A stretch of 40,714 nucleotides of DNA from Gemmatimonadota bacterium (GCA_036679605.1 JAZDCZ010000294.1:1-40714), one strand, 5' to 3'. Shown: positions 8,743-18,109, counted from the first letter of the stretch. Notes: generated by a model from the sequence alone, not told the origin. A program made the numbers and translations.

Positions 8743-10512
8743 TTGACCGGCGACGGCTGGATAACGCTCGCAGTTCTGGTGGTGGTCGTTGTGATTCTGG
8801 CGCGCGACGTCGTCGCTCCGTCGGTTGCGGTGGTTGGGGCCGTAGTGGCTCTGCTCGTGACCGGTGTGGTCAATGCGCAGCAGGCCTTCATGGGTTTCTC
8901 CAGCCCCGCGCCGCTCACCGTAGCGGCGCTCTACGTGCTGGCCCGGGCGATCGAAAAAACCGGTGCCCTGCAGCCTGTGGTGTCGGGCACGCTGGGTGAG
9001 GGAAAGGGCACGAGCATGACCCTGGCGCGGCTCCTGTTGCCCACCGCGGCGGCCTCCGCGTTTCTCAACAACACGCCGATAGTTGCCATGCTGGTACCGC
9101 AGATCAAGAACTGGGCGAATCGGCACGGTCACTCTGTTTCATGGTTCCTCATGCCGCTCTCGTTTGCGGCGATCCTGGGCGGCATGGTCACCTTGATAGG
9201 CACGTCCACCAATCTCGTAATATCCGGCATGTTGCAGGCGACGGGGCACGAGCCGCTGGGGATGTTCGAGTTGACCCGCGTGGCGTTGCCCGTTGCGCTA
9301 GTGGGGATCGTTGCGATAGTGGTGTTGGCCCCACGGTTGTTAGCGGACCGTAGCACTTCGCGCCGCGAGATCGAGCAAGAGTTCCGCGAGTTTGTGGTGG
9401 GGATGACTGTGGAGCGTGGTGGGCCGCTAGACGGCAAGACCGTCGAGTCGGCAAAGCTCAGAAACCTCCAAGCAGTGTTTTTGGTGGAGATCGAGCGCGA
9501 TGGCGAACTGATCTCGCCGGTGGGACCTCACACCAGGCTGCATGGTGGTGATCGCCTGACGTTCGCGGGCAGGGTGGGGCAGATCGTGGATCTTCAGGGC
9601 ATGCGAGGTCTGGTGTCCGCCGAGCAGGAGCACCTGGCGGAGTTCGACAGCGCGCGACACACATTTCTGGAGGCTGTGATAGGGCCGGCCTCGCCGTTGG
9701 TCGGCCGGACGCTGAAGGGCGCTGGTTTTCGCAGCACCTACCAGGCGGCGGTGGTAGCGATCCACCGTGCGGGCCAGCGGGTCGAAGCAAAGCTCGGGTC
9801 GGTGCGTCTCAAGGTGGGTGACACGCTGTTGCTGCTGGCGGACGAGGGATTCCAATGGCGTTGGCACGATCGCAATGTGTTTCTCTTGGTGTCGCGTCTG
9901 GGCGGTGCTCCGCCGGGGGTGACGCGCAAGGCCTGGGTAGCGGGGCTCGTTGGATTGGGGATCGTTCTGGCGGCCAGTTTGGGCGTGATGCCCATTCTCA
10001 ATGCCGCGTTGGTCGGAGCATTCGCTCTCGTCGTGTTTGGCGTTCTAACGCCGGGCGAGGCCCGCACGGCAGTGGATCTGGATGTGGTGCTTACGATCGC
10101 CGGAGCGTTCGGTCTTGCGAGCGCGCTCCAGGCATCGGGCCTGGCGTCGGCCGCTGCGGGTGTGTTGGTAGACGTGTTCGGTGGACTCGGACCACATGGC
10201 GGGCTGCTGGCGATAGTCCTGGCAACGGTGGGCCTCGTGTGCGTCATCACCAACAATGCCGCCGCGGTCCTCATGTTCCCGATCGCCATGTCTACTGCGA
10301 CTGAGCTGGGGCTCGCTCAACGGCCGTTTGCGATAGCGCTGGCGCTTGCCGCCTCTGCGTCGTTCCTGACACCTGTGTCCTATCAGACCAACCTCATGGT
10401 CTACGGACCCGGCGGCTATAAGTTCTCGGATTACCCCAGGCTTGGGTTGCCGCTTGTTGTTCTCATCGTTGTAGCGGCGGTGCTGGTGGTGCCGGTGTTT
10501 TGGGGACTATAG
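8743..10512 (+). CDS. SLC13 family permease with TrkA-C domains (possible sulfate/di-tricarboxylate transporter)
   Basis: SAFLNNTPIVAM, LGGMVTLIGTSTN, two TrkA-C regions, TNNAAA, SFLTPVSYQTNLMVYGPGGY. Confidence 0.9.
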   Translation: MTGDGWITLAVLVVVVVILARDVVAPSVAVVGAVVALLVTGVVNAQQAFMGFSSPAPLTVAALYVLARAIEKTGALQPVVSGTLGEGKGTSMTLARLLLPTAAASAFLNNTPIVAMLVPQIKNWANRHGHSVSWFLMPLSFAAILGGMVTLIGTSTNLVISGMLQATGHEPLGMFELTRVALPVALVGIVAIVVLAPRLLADRSTSRREIEQEFREFVVGMTVERGGPLDGKTVESAKLRNLQAVFLVEIERDGELISPVGPHTRLHGGDRLTFAGRVGQIVDLQGMRGLVSAEQEHLAEFDSARHTFLEAVIGPASPLVGRTLKGAGFRSTYQAAVVAIHRAGQRVEAKLGSVRLKVGDTLLLLADEGFQWRWHDRNVFLLVSRLGGAPPGVTRKAWVAGLVGLGIVLAASLGVMPILNAALVGAFALVVFGVLTPGEARTAVDLDVVLTIAGAFGLASALQASGLASAAAGVLVDVFGGLGPHGGLLAIVLATVGLVCVITNNAAAVLMFPIAMSTATELGLAQRPFAIALALAASASFLTPVSYQTNLMVYGPGGYKFSDYPRLGLPLVVLIVVAAVLVVPVFWGL

Positions 10513-10592
10513 AATATCGAATCATGAACAAGGAATTCTGAATGTCGAAGGGAGGCTGCTATTCCCCACTCCCTCCATTTCACATTTCACTG
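10512..10592 (+). repeat. Junction: GAATATC-type arm followed by CCCCACT / TTTCACA arms
   Basis: Lies between convergent genes and overlaps both stop codons. Confidence 0.85.
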
Positions 10593-11086
10593 TCAAAACT
10601 GCTTGCGGTCACTATCTGGAGATTCGCCCTTGCGACCAGTTGCTGTCCGACGGGCGTCAGCCGCCGCAGCAGATCTGCATCACCGGTTACCAACACAAGC
10701 GCCTGCCCTGCGAGGACAACTCGTAAGACATGATCGTCCTCGGGGTCGGGGCAGAGCAGCCCGCCTGACGGAACTGGGTGCGGGTCGGGCACCCAACATC
10801 TTACCCACTCCATGATCTCTCGGCCCACTCGATCGGAGCTTTCGAGTGAGAATCCGAGCTTGGCATAGGCGAGAACCTTACGCAGCCGGTCGAGCATCGC
10901 GGGACTCATCACGAGTTCGATTGTGCCTTGGCGTGCGTCGGCCAAACAGCGAGCCGGTGGGGTGTCACGCAGGCTGCGTTCTGCCAGGAGGCCCGAGACC
11001 AGGATGTTCAGGTCTAGGACGACGCGAGATGCACTAGCCGGCAGTGTCCGCTCGGTGGTCTAGGGAGACAGTGGGCTGCGGGTCAC
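10580..11086 (-). pseudogene. PIN-family toxin (TIGR00305-like) with in-frame TAG at codon 9
   Basis: GTG 11086 overlaps the antitoxin TGA; TAG at 11062-11060; then RVVLDLNILVSGLL...CPDPEDDHVL...LVTGDADLL. A CTG restart at 11044 cannot be excluded. Confidence 0.7.
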
Positions 11087-11469
11087 GGCTTGGGGGTGTG
11101 GGTGGGGTTGCGAGACCGAGTGGCGCGCACCGCCTCGTCTGCCAAAGCATCGATCTCTTCGTCTGTCATCGCATCAAACCTTTGGAGATCGGCTGATTCC
11201 GTGGCGGCGCGGAGCTGCGCCATCGACTGTTGCCAGCGAAAATCCAGCAACGCGGCCCGCAGACGTGTCGCCAACGCCGGTGCGAGTTCGGGGGTATCCG
11301 CCACAGCAAGGTCCCGCAGCAACTGCCGAACATCGCTGGGTAGGGCGGTATAGAGTGACAGCGCCTCTGCCACCACCGCGCTTTGCTTGCGTCCGTCCTC
11401 GCGTGCGGTCTGCTTGGTTCGGTCGTACAGTCCCGGGTCGAGCGACGCGCTCAGTGTTTTGGTGGTCAT
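11083..11469 (-). CDS. Ribbon-helix-helix-like antitoxin
   Basis: MTTKTLSASLD..LY...A..DGRKQSAVVAEAL..Y with acidic tail MTDEEID; directly upstream of the PIN gene. Confidence 0.7.
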   Translation of the reverse strand: MTTKTLSASLDPGLYDRTKQTAREDGRKQSAVVAEALSLYTALPSDVRQLLRDLAVADTPELAPALATRLRAALLDFRWQQSMAQLRAATESADLQRFDAMTDEEIDALADEAVRATRSRNPTHTPKP

Positions 11470-11603
11470 TATTGAATCCCATGAAAACATATTGACTATT
11501 GTTGAATATAGCAGCGCGGGGAGGGGAGAGTAGGGGTCCGGCCTACGGCAAGCGTTGACCACGGTGACTAGCTAGCCGTCATATTTCATGGTATTATGAC
11601 GGC

Positions 11604-12767
11604 ATGGTTAACAAACCCCATTACCCGCGGCTCACCCAGCTTCCGCGGGGCAGCTTCTTTCTCTTCGGTCCCCGTGGGATCGGGAAGAGCACGTGGGCAC
11701 GAGAGCGGCTCGGCGACGCGCATCGGGTCGACCTGCTCGACGAAGCCCTGTACCACGACCTCCTCGGTGATCCCTCCCTCTTCGCAGCAGAACTCCGCGC
11801 CGTGAAACAGGGACGCTGGGTGGTCGTGGATGAGATCCAGCGCATACCCGGACTGCTCAACGAGGTCCACCGCTTCATCGAGGATCGCAAGCTTCGCTTC
11901 GCGCTGCTCGGATCGAGCGCCCGCAAGCTCAAGACGGCCGGAACCAACCTGCTCGCCGGCCGGGCCATCCGGAAGACCATGTTTCCGCTAACTCCCGAGG
12001 AGCTGGGAGCCGATTTTTCCTTCGAATCCGTGCTCCGCTATGGAAGCGTCCCTCTCATCTGGAGTGCGCCAGACCGACGGCTCGCGCTCGAAGCTTACGT
12101 GCAGATGTATTTGCGCGAGGAGATCAGAGCTGAAGCACTCGTGAGGAACCTGCCCGGCTTCATCCGCTTTCTCCCTACTGCCGCGCTGTTTCATGGACAG
12201 GTGGTCAATGTATCCGGCCTCGCTCGCGATGCCGGAACTGCTCGCACCACGGTGAACGGTTATCTCGAGATCCTTGAAGACACGTTGATGACCTACCGGC
12301 TTCCGGCATTCGAGGCGCGCTTGCGAGTGCGGGAGCGAAAACACCCAAAGCTGTACTGGGTGGACCCTGGCGTCGTTCGGGCCATCAAGAAGCAATTCGG
12401 TCCCGTATCGGCGGAGGAGCGCGGTGCGCTGCTGGAAGGATGGGTGCTGTCCTTGCTCCGGGCCTACGAAGAAGAGAAACGGCTCTTTGACCACATTTAC
12501 TATTGGGCGCCCGTCCAGGCCAAACGCGTCGAAGTTGACTTTCTTCTCAAGCGAGGACGCGAGTTCCTGGCCATCGAAGTGAAATCACAGAAGAGATTCT
12601 CGAATTCGCTCTTGACTGGGCTCAGGGCCCTGGAAGACCTGCCGAAGGTCGCACGGAGAATCCTCGTCTACAGTGGGACTCGGAAGCTACGGACGTCGGA
12701 CCAAATGGACGTCTGGCCGGTTGACGATCTGGCGAACGCGCTGGCAGACGATACGCTGTGGCCGTGA
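11604..12767 (+). CDS. AAA+ ATPase (AAA_14) with DUF4143 C-terminal PD-(D/E)XK-like domain
   Basis: GPRGIGKST, VVVDEIQR, LLGSSA, LAGRA, PKLYWVDPG, EVDFLL...AIEVK. Confidence 0.9.
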   Translation: MVNKPHYPRLTQLPRGSFFLFGPRGIGKSTWARERLGDAHRVDLLDEALYHDLLGDPSLFAAELRAVKQGRWVVVDEIQRIPGLLNEVHRFIEDRKLRFALLGSSARKLKTAGTNLLAGRAIRKTMFPLTPEELGADFSFESVLRYGSVPLIWSAPDRRLALEAYVQMYLREEIRAEALVRNLPGFIRFLPTAALFHGQVVNVSGLARDAGTARTTVNGYLEILEDTLMTYRLPAFEARLRVRERKHPKLYWVDPGVVRAIKKQFGPVSAEERGALLEGWVLSLLRAYEEEKRLFDHIYYWAPVQAKRVEVDFLLKRGREFLAIEVKSQKRFSNSLLTGLRALEDLPKVARRILVYSGTRKLRTSDQMDVWPVDDLANALADDTLWP

Positions 12768-12778
12768 CCTTGCAGCTC

Positions 12779-12845
12779 ATTCACCTTTCGCATCTCACGT
12801 TTCACCATACTCCCCGCTCCCAACTCCCAACTCCCTACTCCCCTA
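12779..12845 (+). repeat. Pyrimidine arms (TTTCAC.)n + (ACTCCC.)n upstream of the phd-vapC module
   Basis: Visible repeats. Confidence 0.85.
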
Positions 12846-12873
12846 ACAGTTAGCCTTTCCTACCGACATCAAT

Positions 12874-12910
12874 TGACTATATTAGTCACATCAAACAGGT
12901 CAGACAGGTC
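12874..12910 (+). promoter_or_regulatory. Probable TA operator: palindrome TGACTA-TAT-TAGTCA plus ACAGGTC direct repeat
   Basis: Perfect 6-bp inverted repeat overlapping TTGACT just upstream of the antitoxin. Confidence 0.55.
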
Positions 12911-12926
12911 TTAAAATGGGGGAGCC

Positions 12927-13202
12927 ATGAAGAAGGTCGCCAAGGTCTCGGAATTGAAGGCTTCGTTGAGTAAGTACCTGGCTCGGGTCAAGGCCGGGGA
13001 GGAGGTGGTTGTGACGGAGCGGGGGAAGCCCATAGCCAACGAGGACTCGCAGACGGAGCGAATGAACCAACTAGCGCGGCGTGGTGTGATCACACTTCCG
13101 AAGGGCAGATTGCCCGAAGATTTCTTCGATCTGCCTCGGCCCGACGATCCTGAGGGGTTGGTCCTAAAGGCTTTGCTCGACGAGCGCCGGACGGGCCGTT
13201 GA
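12927..13202 (+). CDS. Phd/YefM family antitoxin
   Basis: VSELKASLSKYLARVKAGEEVVVTERGKPIA; overlaps the toxin start. Confidence 0.9.
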   Translation: MKKVAKVSELKASLSKYLARVKAGEEVVVTERGKPIANEDSQTERMNQLARRGVITLPKGRLPEDFFDLPRPDDPEGLVLKALLDERRTGR

Positions 13203-13630
13203 AGTTCTGGGATTCTTCAGCCCTGGTTCCCCTGTGCGTCATTGAGCCAAGCTCCGACCAAGTCCATGCGGTGCTGGCGAGCGATCGAGGCATGACGGTT
13301 TGGTGGGGCACGGTTGTCGAGTGCGAATCGGCTCTCGCACGCAGGCGGCGCCAAGGGAGCTTTCCAGAAGCTTCCTTTCGGGAGGGACAGGTACTGCTGC
13401 GAGATATAGAAGCGGCCTGGTACGTTGTCGAGCCGAGTGCGGCGGTTAGAGACAAGGCTGTCCGACTGCTGTGGGTGCACGGGCTAACTGCCGCTGATGC
13501 TCTCCAGCTTTCTGCTGCGCTCGCGTGGTGCGAGGAAAGGCCGAGCGGTCACGAGTTCGTTTCACTGGACGAGCGCTTGGCTGAGGCGGCGGCGCTTGAA
13601 GGGTTTGAGGTGCTGCGATGGCAGGAGTGA
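13199..13630 (+). CDS. vapC: VapC PIN-domain toxin
   Basis: MKFWDSSALVPL, EC.SALAR, L.AADALQL.AA, FVSLDERL..AA..EGF. Confidence 0.9.
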   Translation: MKFWDSSALVPLCVIEPSSDQVHAVLASDRGMTVWWGTVVECESALARRRRQGSFPEASFREGQVLLRDIEAAWYVVEPSAAVRDKAVRLLWVHGLTAADALQLSAALAWCEERPSGHEFVSLDERLAEAAALEGFEVLRWQE

Positions 13631-13746
13631 GAAAAGGCAAGAGGGGGAGTAGGGAATGGGGAGTACCGTCATGTTCCACCATGGTGAAGAGCGAAAAGCG
13701 AAACGTTGAAGGCGCCGGTTTCTTACTCCGTACTCCCTACTCCCCA
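13627..13746 (+). repeat. Junction: GGGAGTA/GGGAATG arm ... TACTCCC arm
   Basis: Inverted heptamer arms between vapC and wecB. Confidence 0.85.
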
Positions 13747-13750
13747 ATAG

Positions 13751-13784
13751 TTGCCGTTCTCAATTGGGTTCATAGGTTCGTCGC
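13751..13784 (+). promoter_or_regulatory. Possible sigma70 promoter for leaderless wecB (TTGCCG-16-TAGGTT-6-ATG)
   Basis: Spacing fits; no Shine-Dalgarno before the ATG. Confidence 0.4.
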
Positions 13785-14870
13785 ATGAAAATACTCTCCG
13801 TAGTGGGCGCGCGTCCCAACTTCATGAAGCTGGCCCCGCTGGCCCGCGAGTGCGACGGCCGGGAAGGGATCGAGCACATCGTCGTGCACACCGGCCAGCA
13901 CTATGACCGGAACATGTCCGACAGCTTCTTCACTGACCTGGGGATCCCCTCGCCCGACCACAATCTGGATGTCGGCTCGGCGTCGCACGCGCAGCAGACG
14001 GCTGCCATCATGCAGCGGTTCGAGCAGGTGTGTATCGACGTCCAGCCCGACATCGTGCTGGTGTACGGTGACGTCAACTCGACGGTTGCCGCGGCGTTGG
14101 TCGCGAGCAAACTCGGCGTCAAGGTGGGTCACGTGGAGGCGGGCCTAAGAAGTCGGGATTGGACGATGCCCGAGGAGATAAACCGCGTGGTGACCGATCG
14201 GTTGTCGGATTTCCTGTTCACGCCGTCGCGCGATGGGGATGCCAACCTAGTGGCCGAGGGTGTGCCGAAGGAGCGGATCCACTTCGTTGGCAACATCATG
14301 ATCGATTCGTTGGCGTACGCTCTTCCGCAGGCGCGGCAATTGAACGCGCCGGCCAGGCACGGGTTGGAGCAGCGTGGCTACACCGTTGTGACACTGCACA
14401 GGCCCTCCAACGTGGACGATCCCGCGACCCTGGGCGAACTACTCGAGACGCTCCGTAAGTTGGCGGAAGATCGTCCTGTGCTGTTTCCGGTCCACCCGAG
14501 AACGCGTGAACGGATCGATGGGTTGGGAGCCGGTGCAGCGGTGGACTCGGCGTCCGGCCTCCGACTAATCGAACCGGTGAGCTATCTGGAGATGCTCGGC
14601 CTGGTGGCGTCGGCGGGGATCGTGATCACCGACTCCGGGGGGCTGCAGGAGGAGACCAGCTACTTGGGTGTGCCGTGCATAACGGTACGGCCCAACACCG
14701 AGCGGCCGATCACGTGTACCGAGGGGACCAACCAGCTCGTGCCGCCGGAACGTGAGCGTATTCTCGAGGCCGCCGAACGGGCGCCAGCGCGGCGCGTCGA
14801 AGGTGGTGCCAAGATCGAGCGCTGGGACGGCAAGACCGCGGGGCGGATCGTGGAGGTGTTACTAAAGTGA
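13785..14870 (+). CDS. wecB: UDP-N-acetylglucosamine 2-epimerase (non-hydrolyzing)
   Basis: VVGARPNFMK, HTGQHYD, GDVNST, HVEAGLRS, MPEEINR, TLHRPSNVD, TDSGGLQEE, TERP. Confidence 0.97.
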   Translation: MKILSVVGARPNFMKLAPLARECDGREGIEHIVVHTGQHYDRNMSDSFFTDLGIPSPDHNLDVGSASHAQQTAAIMQRFEQVCIDVQPDIVLVYGDVNSTVAAALVASKLGVKVGHVEAGLRSRDWTMPEEINRVVTDRLSDFLFTPSRDGDANLVAEGVPKERIHFVGNIMIDSLAYALPQARQLNAPARHGLEQRGYTVVTLHRPSNVDDPATLGELLETLRKLAEDRPVLFPVHPRTRERIDGLGAGAAVDSASGLRLIEPVSYLEMLGLVASAGIVITDSGGLQEETSYLGVPCITVRPNTERPITCTEGTNQLVPPERERILEAAERAPARRVEGGAKIERWDGKTAGRIVEVLLK

Positions 14871-14915
14871 AATGTGAAATGTGAAAAAATGAGAGTAGGG
14901 AGTAGGGAGTAGGGA
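14867..14915 (+). repeat. (GTGAAAT)x3 + (GGGAGTA)x4 purine arm
   Basis: Supplies the wecB TGA. Confidence 0.95.
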
Positions 14916-14970
14916 GTCCTTTAGGACCATTTTCTTGGCCGAGCGCGGCCTCTTAGGCCGGGACCATCGC
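14916..14970 (+). repeat. Double-hairpin element B (GTCC-TTTA-GGAC ... GGCCGAG [CC/CG]CGGCC-loop-GGCCGGG ACCA)
   Basis: Copies at 36998-37054 and 39716-39765. Confidence 0.85.
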
Positions 14971-14995
14971 ACGGGAAAAGGGAAAAGGGCGCGGA

Positions 14996-15065
14996 TTGGC
15001 AGAATCAAAAGAGAAGGCACGTCGCTATTAGCGACATCAGCCGAGCCGCGACTCTCATGTCGCGG
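14996..15065 (+). repeat. Double-hairpin element A
   Basis: Near-identical to 8666-8734. Confidence 0.9.
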
Positions 15066-15066
15066 G

Positions 15067-15112
15067 CGAGATGCCGCCGGAGATCTGCCAGGCGTTCGGC
15101 AAGGAAGGTCAC
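15067..15112 (-). pseudogene. 5' remnant (15 codons, MTFLAERLADLRRHL) of probable HEPN/HepT toxin
   Basis: GTG overlaps the TGA of the upstream MNT gene. Resembles DUF86/HepT N-termini (recognition from memory). Ends at element A. Confidence 0.6.
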
Positions 15113-15528
15113 CGGGCCAAGGTCCGGAGCTTGGTGCGGCGGGTGCGTTCCAGAAAAGGCCGGAGATCGGCGTTCCGCAGCAGGGCGGTGCGCACGAAAG
15201 CGTGGTCCTGAGCCGCGTCCCGGCAGTATACACGGCGGCCCTGCCGCACCACGTGCGCCGCGAGTTCGGGGGTCGCGTCGTTAAGTACGATCACGTCCAC
15301 CTCGTTGATGTGGGTAACCGCGATCAGCTCGCCGGCCAGCCCGACGGCCAGCCGGCTGCGGTCGGCGCGTTCGGGTAGCGCGACGCGATCCACCACCACG
15401 CCCACATCCACGTCGCTCTCGCTGTGCGAGCGCCCCGTTCCATGGCTACCGAACAGGTAGGCCACCGCCACCTCGGCGGGCGCCCGGGTCCCGAAATAGG
15501 TACCGACGGCGGTTGCTATGTCGAGCAC
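15109..15528 (-). CDS. mntA: Minimal nucleotidyltransferase (MntA-like) antitoxin
   Basis: AYLFGSHGTGRSHSESDVDVGV, VDVIVLNDA.PEL; RBS AGGAGAGG. Confidence 0.88.
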   Translation of the reverse strand: MLDIATAVGTYFGTRAPAEVAVAYLFGSHGTGRSHSESDVDVGVVVDRVALPERADRSRLAVGLAGELIAVTHINEVDVIVLNDATPELAAHVVRQGRRVYCRDAAQDHAFVRTALLRNADLRPFLERTRRTKLRTLAR

Positions 15529-15593
15529 GGTGTGCCTCTCCTGGTCTGTGGTCTTAGGGCGCTGCAGCTGGATGCCCGGGCGGTCAGCAAGAT

Positions 15594-15670
15594 AAGGGAA
15601 AAGGGAAATGTGACAAACAAGGCGGTAGAACTGGGCGGCAGAACAGCGGAAAAAGGGAAAGGGGAGTCCC
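15594..15670 (+). repeat. Purine arm GGGAAAA / GGCGGTAGAAC / GGGGAGT
   Basis: AGGCGGTAGAACTGGGCGG is also found near 21044, and a shorter copy near 16365. Confidence 0.8.
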
Positions 15671-15791
15671 TAATACTCGCCGTGAATTTTAAGCTCCACA
15701 GTGCGTAGAAAAGGTACGGGAAACGAGCTACGGACAACGTATAGTAGGTCGTGTATCCTACTTGCAATCTACATATCGCCGAGGCGACATT

Positions 15792-16340
15792 ATGGGTATG
15801 GCGGCACCTGTCTACTACTCTGCGGAGATGGTTCTTGCGTTGCCGGACGACGGCAAGCGCTACGAGACAGTGCATGGCGAGTTGCTGGTGACACCGGCCC
15901 CGCGTGCCTGGCATCAGGAGATCGTAGGGCGAATGCATGTGGCCCTCGCAAATTTTCTCACAGAACATTCGATTGCTCACCTGTTTGCCTCGCCGGCAGA
16001 TATCTCATGGGGTCCCGACATCTTGGTGCAGCCCGATCTGTTCGTTGTGAATCTGGAACAAGCGCGCACTCTCGATTGGTCGCGCATGCAGGATCTTCTT
16101 CTCACCGTCGAAGTCTTGAGTCCGTCCACCGGCCGCCACGACAGGTTCACGAAACGGAGACTGTACCAGGAAGTTGGAATTCCGCTGTACTGGATAGTTG
16201 ACCCCGACGAAAAGAGCGTTGAGCTGTGGACGCCCGAGGCCACATTCCCAACTGTCGCGCGGGAGCGTGTTGTGTGGCAGCCTGAGGGAGCTAGCGAGCC
16301 CCTGACGATCGAGCTGAAACACCTGTTCCGGCCGATCTAG
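15792..16340 (+). CDS. Uma2 family putative endonuclease (paralog of 241-789, same length)
   Basis: Same motifs; identical N-terminus pattern MGMAAP.YYSAEMV.ALPDDGKRYETVHGELLVTPAP and C-terminus LFRPI. Confidence 0.9.
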   Translation: MGMAAPVYYSAEMVLALPDDGKRYETVHGELLVTPAPRAWHQEIVGRMHVALANFLTEHSIAHLFASPADISWGPDILVQPDLFVVNLEQARTLDWSRMQDLLLTVEVLSPSTGRHDRFTKRRLYQEVGIPLYWIVDPDEKSVELWTPEATFPTVARERVVWQPEGASEPLTIELKHLFRPI

Positions 16341-16359
16341 CGGCCAGCTGGGCGGGCGA

Positions 16360-16441
16360 AAACGAGGCGGTAGAACGGGGTGATATCGCTCCTACCGCCG
16401 TTGGGTGCCGGGGACGGGTGGGGTACCGCCCTTTACCGCCC
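16360..16441. repeat. GGCGGTAG...CTACCGCC inverted pair and TACCGCC repeats
   Basis: Visible; overlaps the 3' end of the Fic ORF. Confidence 0.65.
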
Positions 16442-18014
16442 GGTGGTGGGTCGGAAGCGGTGCGGTACTGCCCGCATCTCCCCACAGCTCACCATAGAGC
16501 TGTTCCATTCCTTCGGCTTCCCGGTCTGTCAGCCTCGCGAATTCACTGTTTCGCGCCCGCCCTGACAAGCGGCCGCTATTCTGGTGCAGGAAGTGGAACA
16601 AGAGATCGATGGACCGCTCGGGCATGTCGACGATCAATTCCACATTTGCGCGGAACCGGTCGTAGCGGCGGAGGAATTCCGTCTCGTGCGGCAGGTTCTC
16701 CTCGATGGTCTTACGGACGGAGTCGTACAGGAATTCCGCCTGCGGTGTGGCATCGAAGAAGCGGTAGAAGTCACCGGTGTCGTTTAGCACGCGCACATTG
16801 AAGTCAGCCGTCGGCTCCCAGTCGATCGCAGGCAGGAGCCGCAGGGAATAGTCCTCCAGCGTGCGGCGATATTCGTCGAGCCGGTCGAGAATCGCGGCCG
16901 ATACCGGAAAGACGACGCCCGGTGGGTTGAAGCCGCGTTGGGCGAGGACATGGTGGATGAGAAAGCGGTGAAGCCGGCCGTTCCCATCGTCGAAGGGATG
17001 GACATAGACGAAACCGAACGCGAGCACGGCGGCGGCAATCACCGGGTCGAGCTGCTGCGCCTGCCCTTGGTCGAAAGCGATCATGCCTGCCACAAGGGAT
17101 GGGAGATCACTCGGCCGAGCGTTGATATGGTCGGGTACGGGCAAGCGCGTGTCGCGGTCATCCCTTCCCACGAAACCGTCTTCCAGGCGGAGACCAAGCT
17201 TGACGAAACGAGTATCACCGATCACGATGCGCTGCAGCCGCAGCAATCCTGCGAGTTCAAGAGGTTCACGACCTGCCTCGCCGATGGTGCGCCCCCAGCG
17301 CTGAATGCGGTCTTGTGGTGCAGGCGCGCCTTCGATGGCGTAGCTGGACTTTGAATCCTCCAGGAGCAGGAAGGCCGCGGCCCGTGCGAGCAGATCGCGC
17401 GGCACGTTCGCTACGATCTCCCGGGCGCGCTCCGCCAAGTCCATGGTGACGAACCGATCGAGGGCCGGCGTGCGGAAGACGAGCGGACAGAAATCGGGCG
17501 TCCCCGGCAGATTGTTCTTAACACGGTGACGCGGCGAGTTTTCGCCGTCAACGGCCCATTGGCGGTCGGGGTCAACCACCGGCACGTACCGGCCTGCGTC
17601 CGCGTTGGGGAGATCGAGTCTCCGTCCCGTCAGCCACTCATAGAGAAACCAGATGCGCCGCGCATAGCCGCCCGTAGGCTTGGCGCGCACGAGGGTCTCG
17701 ATATCGGCGGCGCCAACTGTGAGGAAGAGGTGCTTGAGGACGGCAAGGTCGAGTCCTTCGTACTTAAGCGCGAAAGTCAGATGTCCTTCGAGAGTGGGAC
17801 GTGGCGCGTGGCGGGGTGTGAGAATGCGCCAGCCACGCTCGTCGATCACCCTGTGGCGCTCGCCGGTCGCAGAGAGCGTGCGCGGCAGCGGCACGGACAG
17901 CTCATAGCCATGGATGAGGGCGCTGTATCCGCTCAGCGTGGCCCTTTCAGGAAGGTGCCCATCCCGAAAAACGGTCACCGGCCCCGAAAAATGATGCTGC
18001 ATGGCGTTATCCAC
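16392..18014 (-). CDS. Fic family protein (long form with N-terminal extension)
   Basis: Fic motif HPFDDGNGRLHR. Start may be ATG 18002. Confidence 0.9.
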   Translation of the reverse strand: MDNAMQHHFSGPVTVFRDGHLPERATLSGYSALIHGYELSVPLPRTLSATGERHRVIDERGWRILTPRHAPRPTLEGHLTFALKYEGLDLAVLKHLFLTVGAADIETLVRAKPTGGYARRIWFLYEWLTGRRLDLPNADAGRYVPVVDPDRQWAVDGENSPRHRVKNNLPGTPDFCPLVFRTPALDRFVTMDLAERAREIVANVPRDLLARAAAFLLLEDSKSSYAIEGAPAPQDRIQRWGRTIGEAGREPLELAGLLRLQRIVIGDTRFVKLGLRLEDGFVGRDDRDTRLPVPDHINARPSDLPSLVAGMIAFDQGQAQQLDPVIAAAVLAFGFVYVHPFDDGNGRLHRFLIHHVLAQRGFNPPGVVFPVSAAILDRLDEYRRTLEDYSLRLLPAIDWEPTADFNVRVLNDTGDFYRFFDATPQAEFLYDSVRKTIEENLPHETEFLRRYDRFRANVELIVDMPERSIDLLFHFLHQNSGRLSGRARNSEFARLTDREAEGMEQLYGELWGDAGSTAPLPTHHRAVKGGTPPVPGTQRR

Positions 18015-18109
18015 GATAAACGGTCACTTCATCCGAAATTTGATACTTGAGAACACTAAGACATGAATAACGATTCTAACTCACGGACGACAGTAGATCA
18101 AGCGACTGG

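Noticed and set aside
13160..13171. GTCCTAAAGG inside the Phd antitoxin as an element B copy
   Set aside because: Incomplete stem, no GGCCGAG or second hairpin, and it lies in coding sequence.
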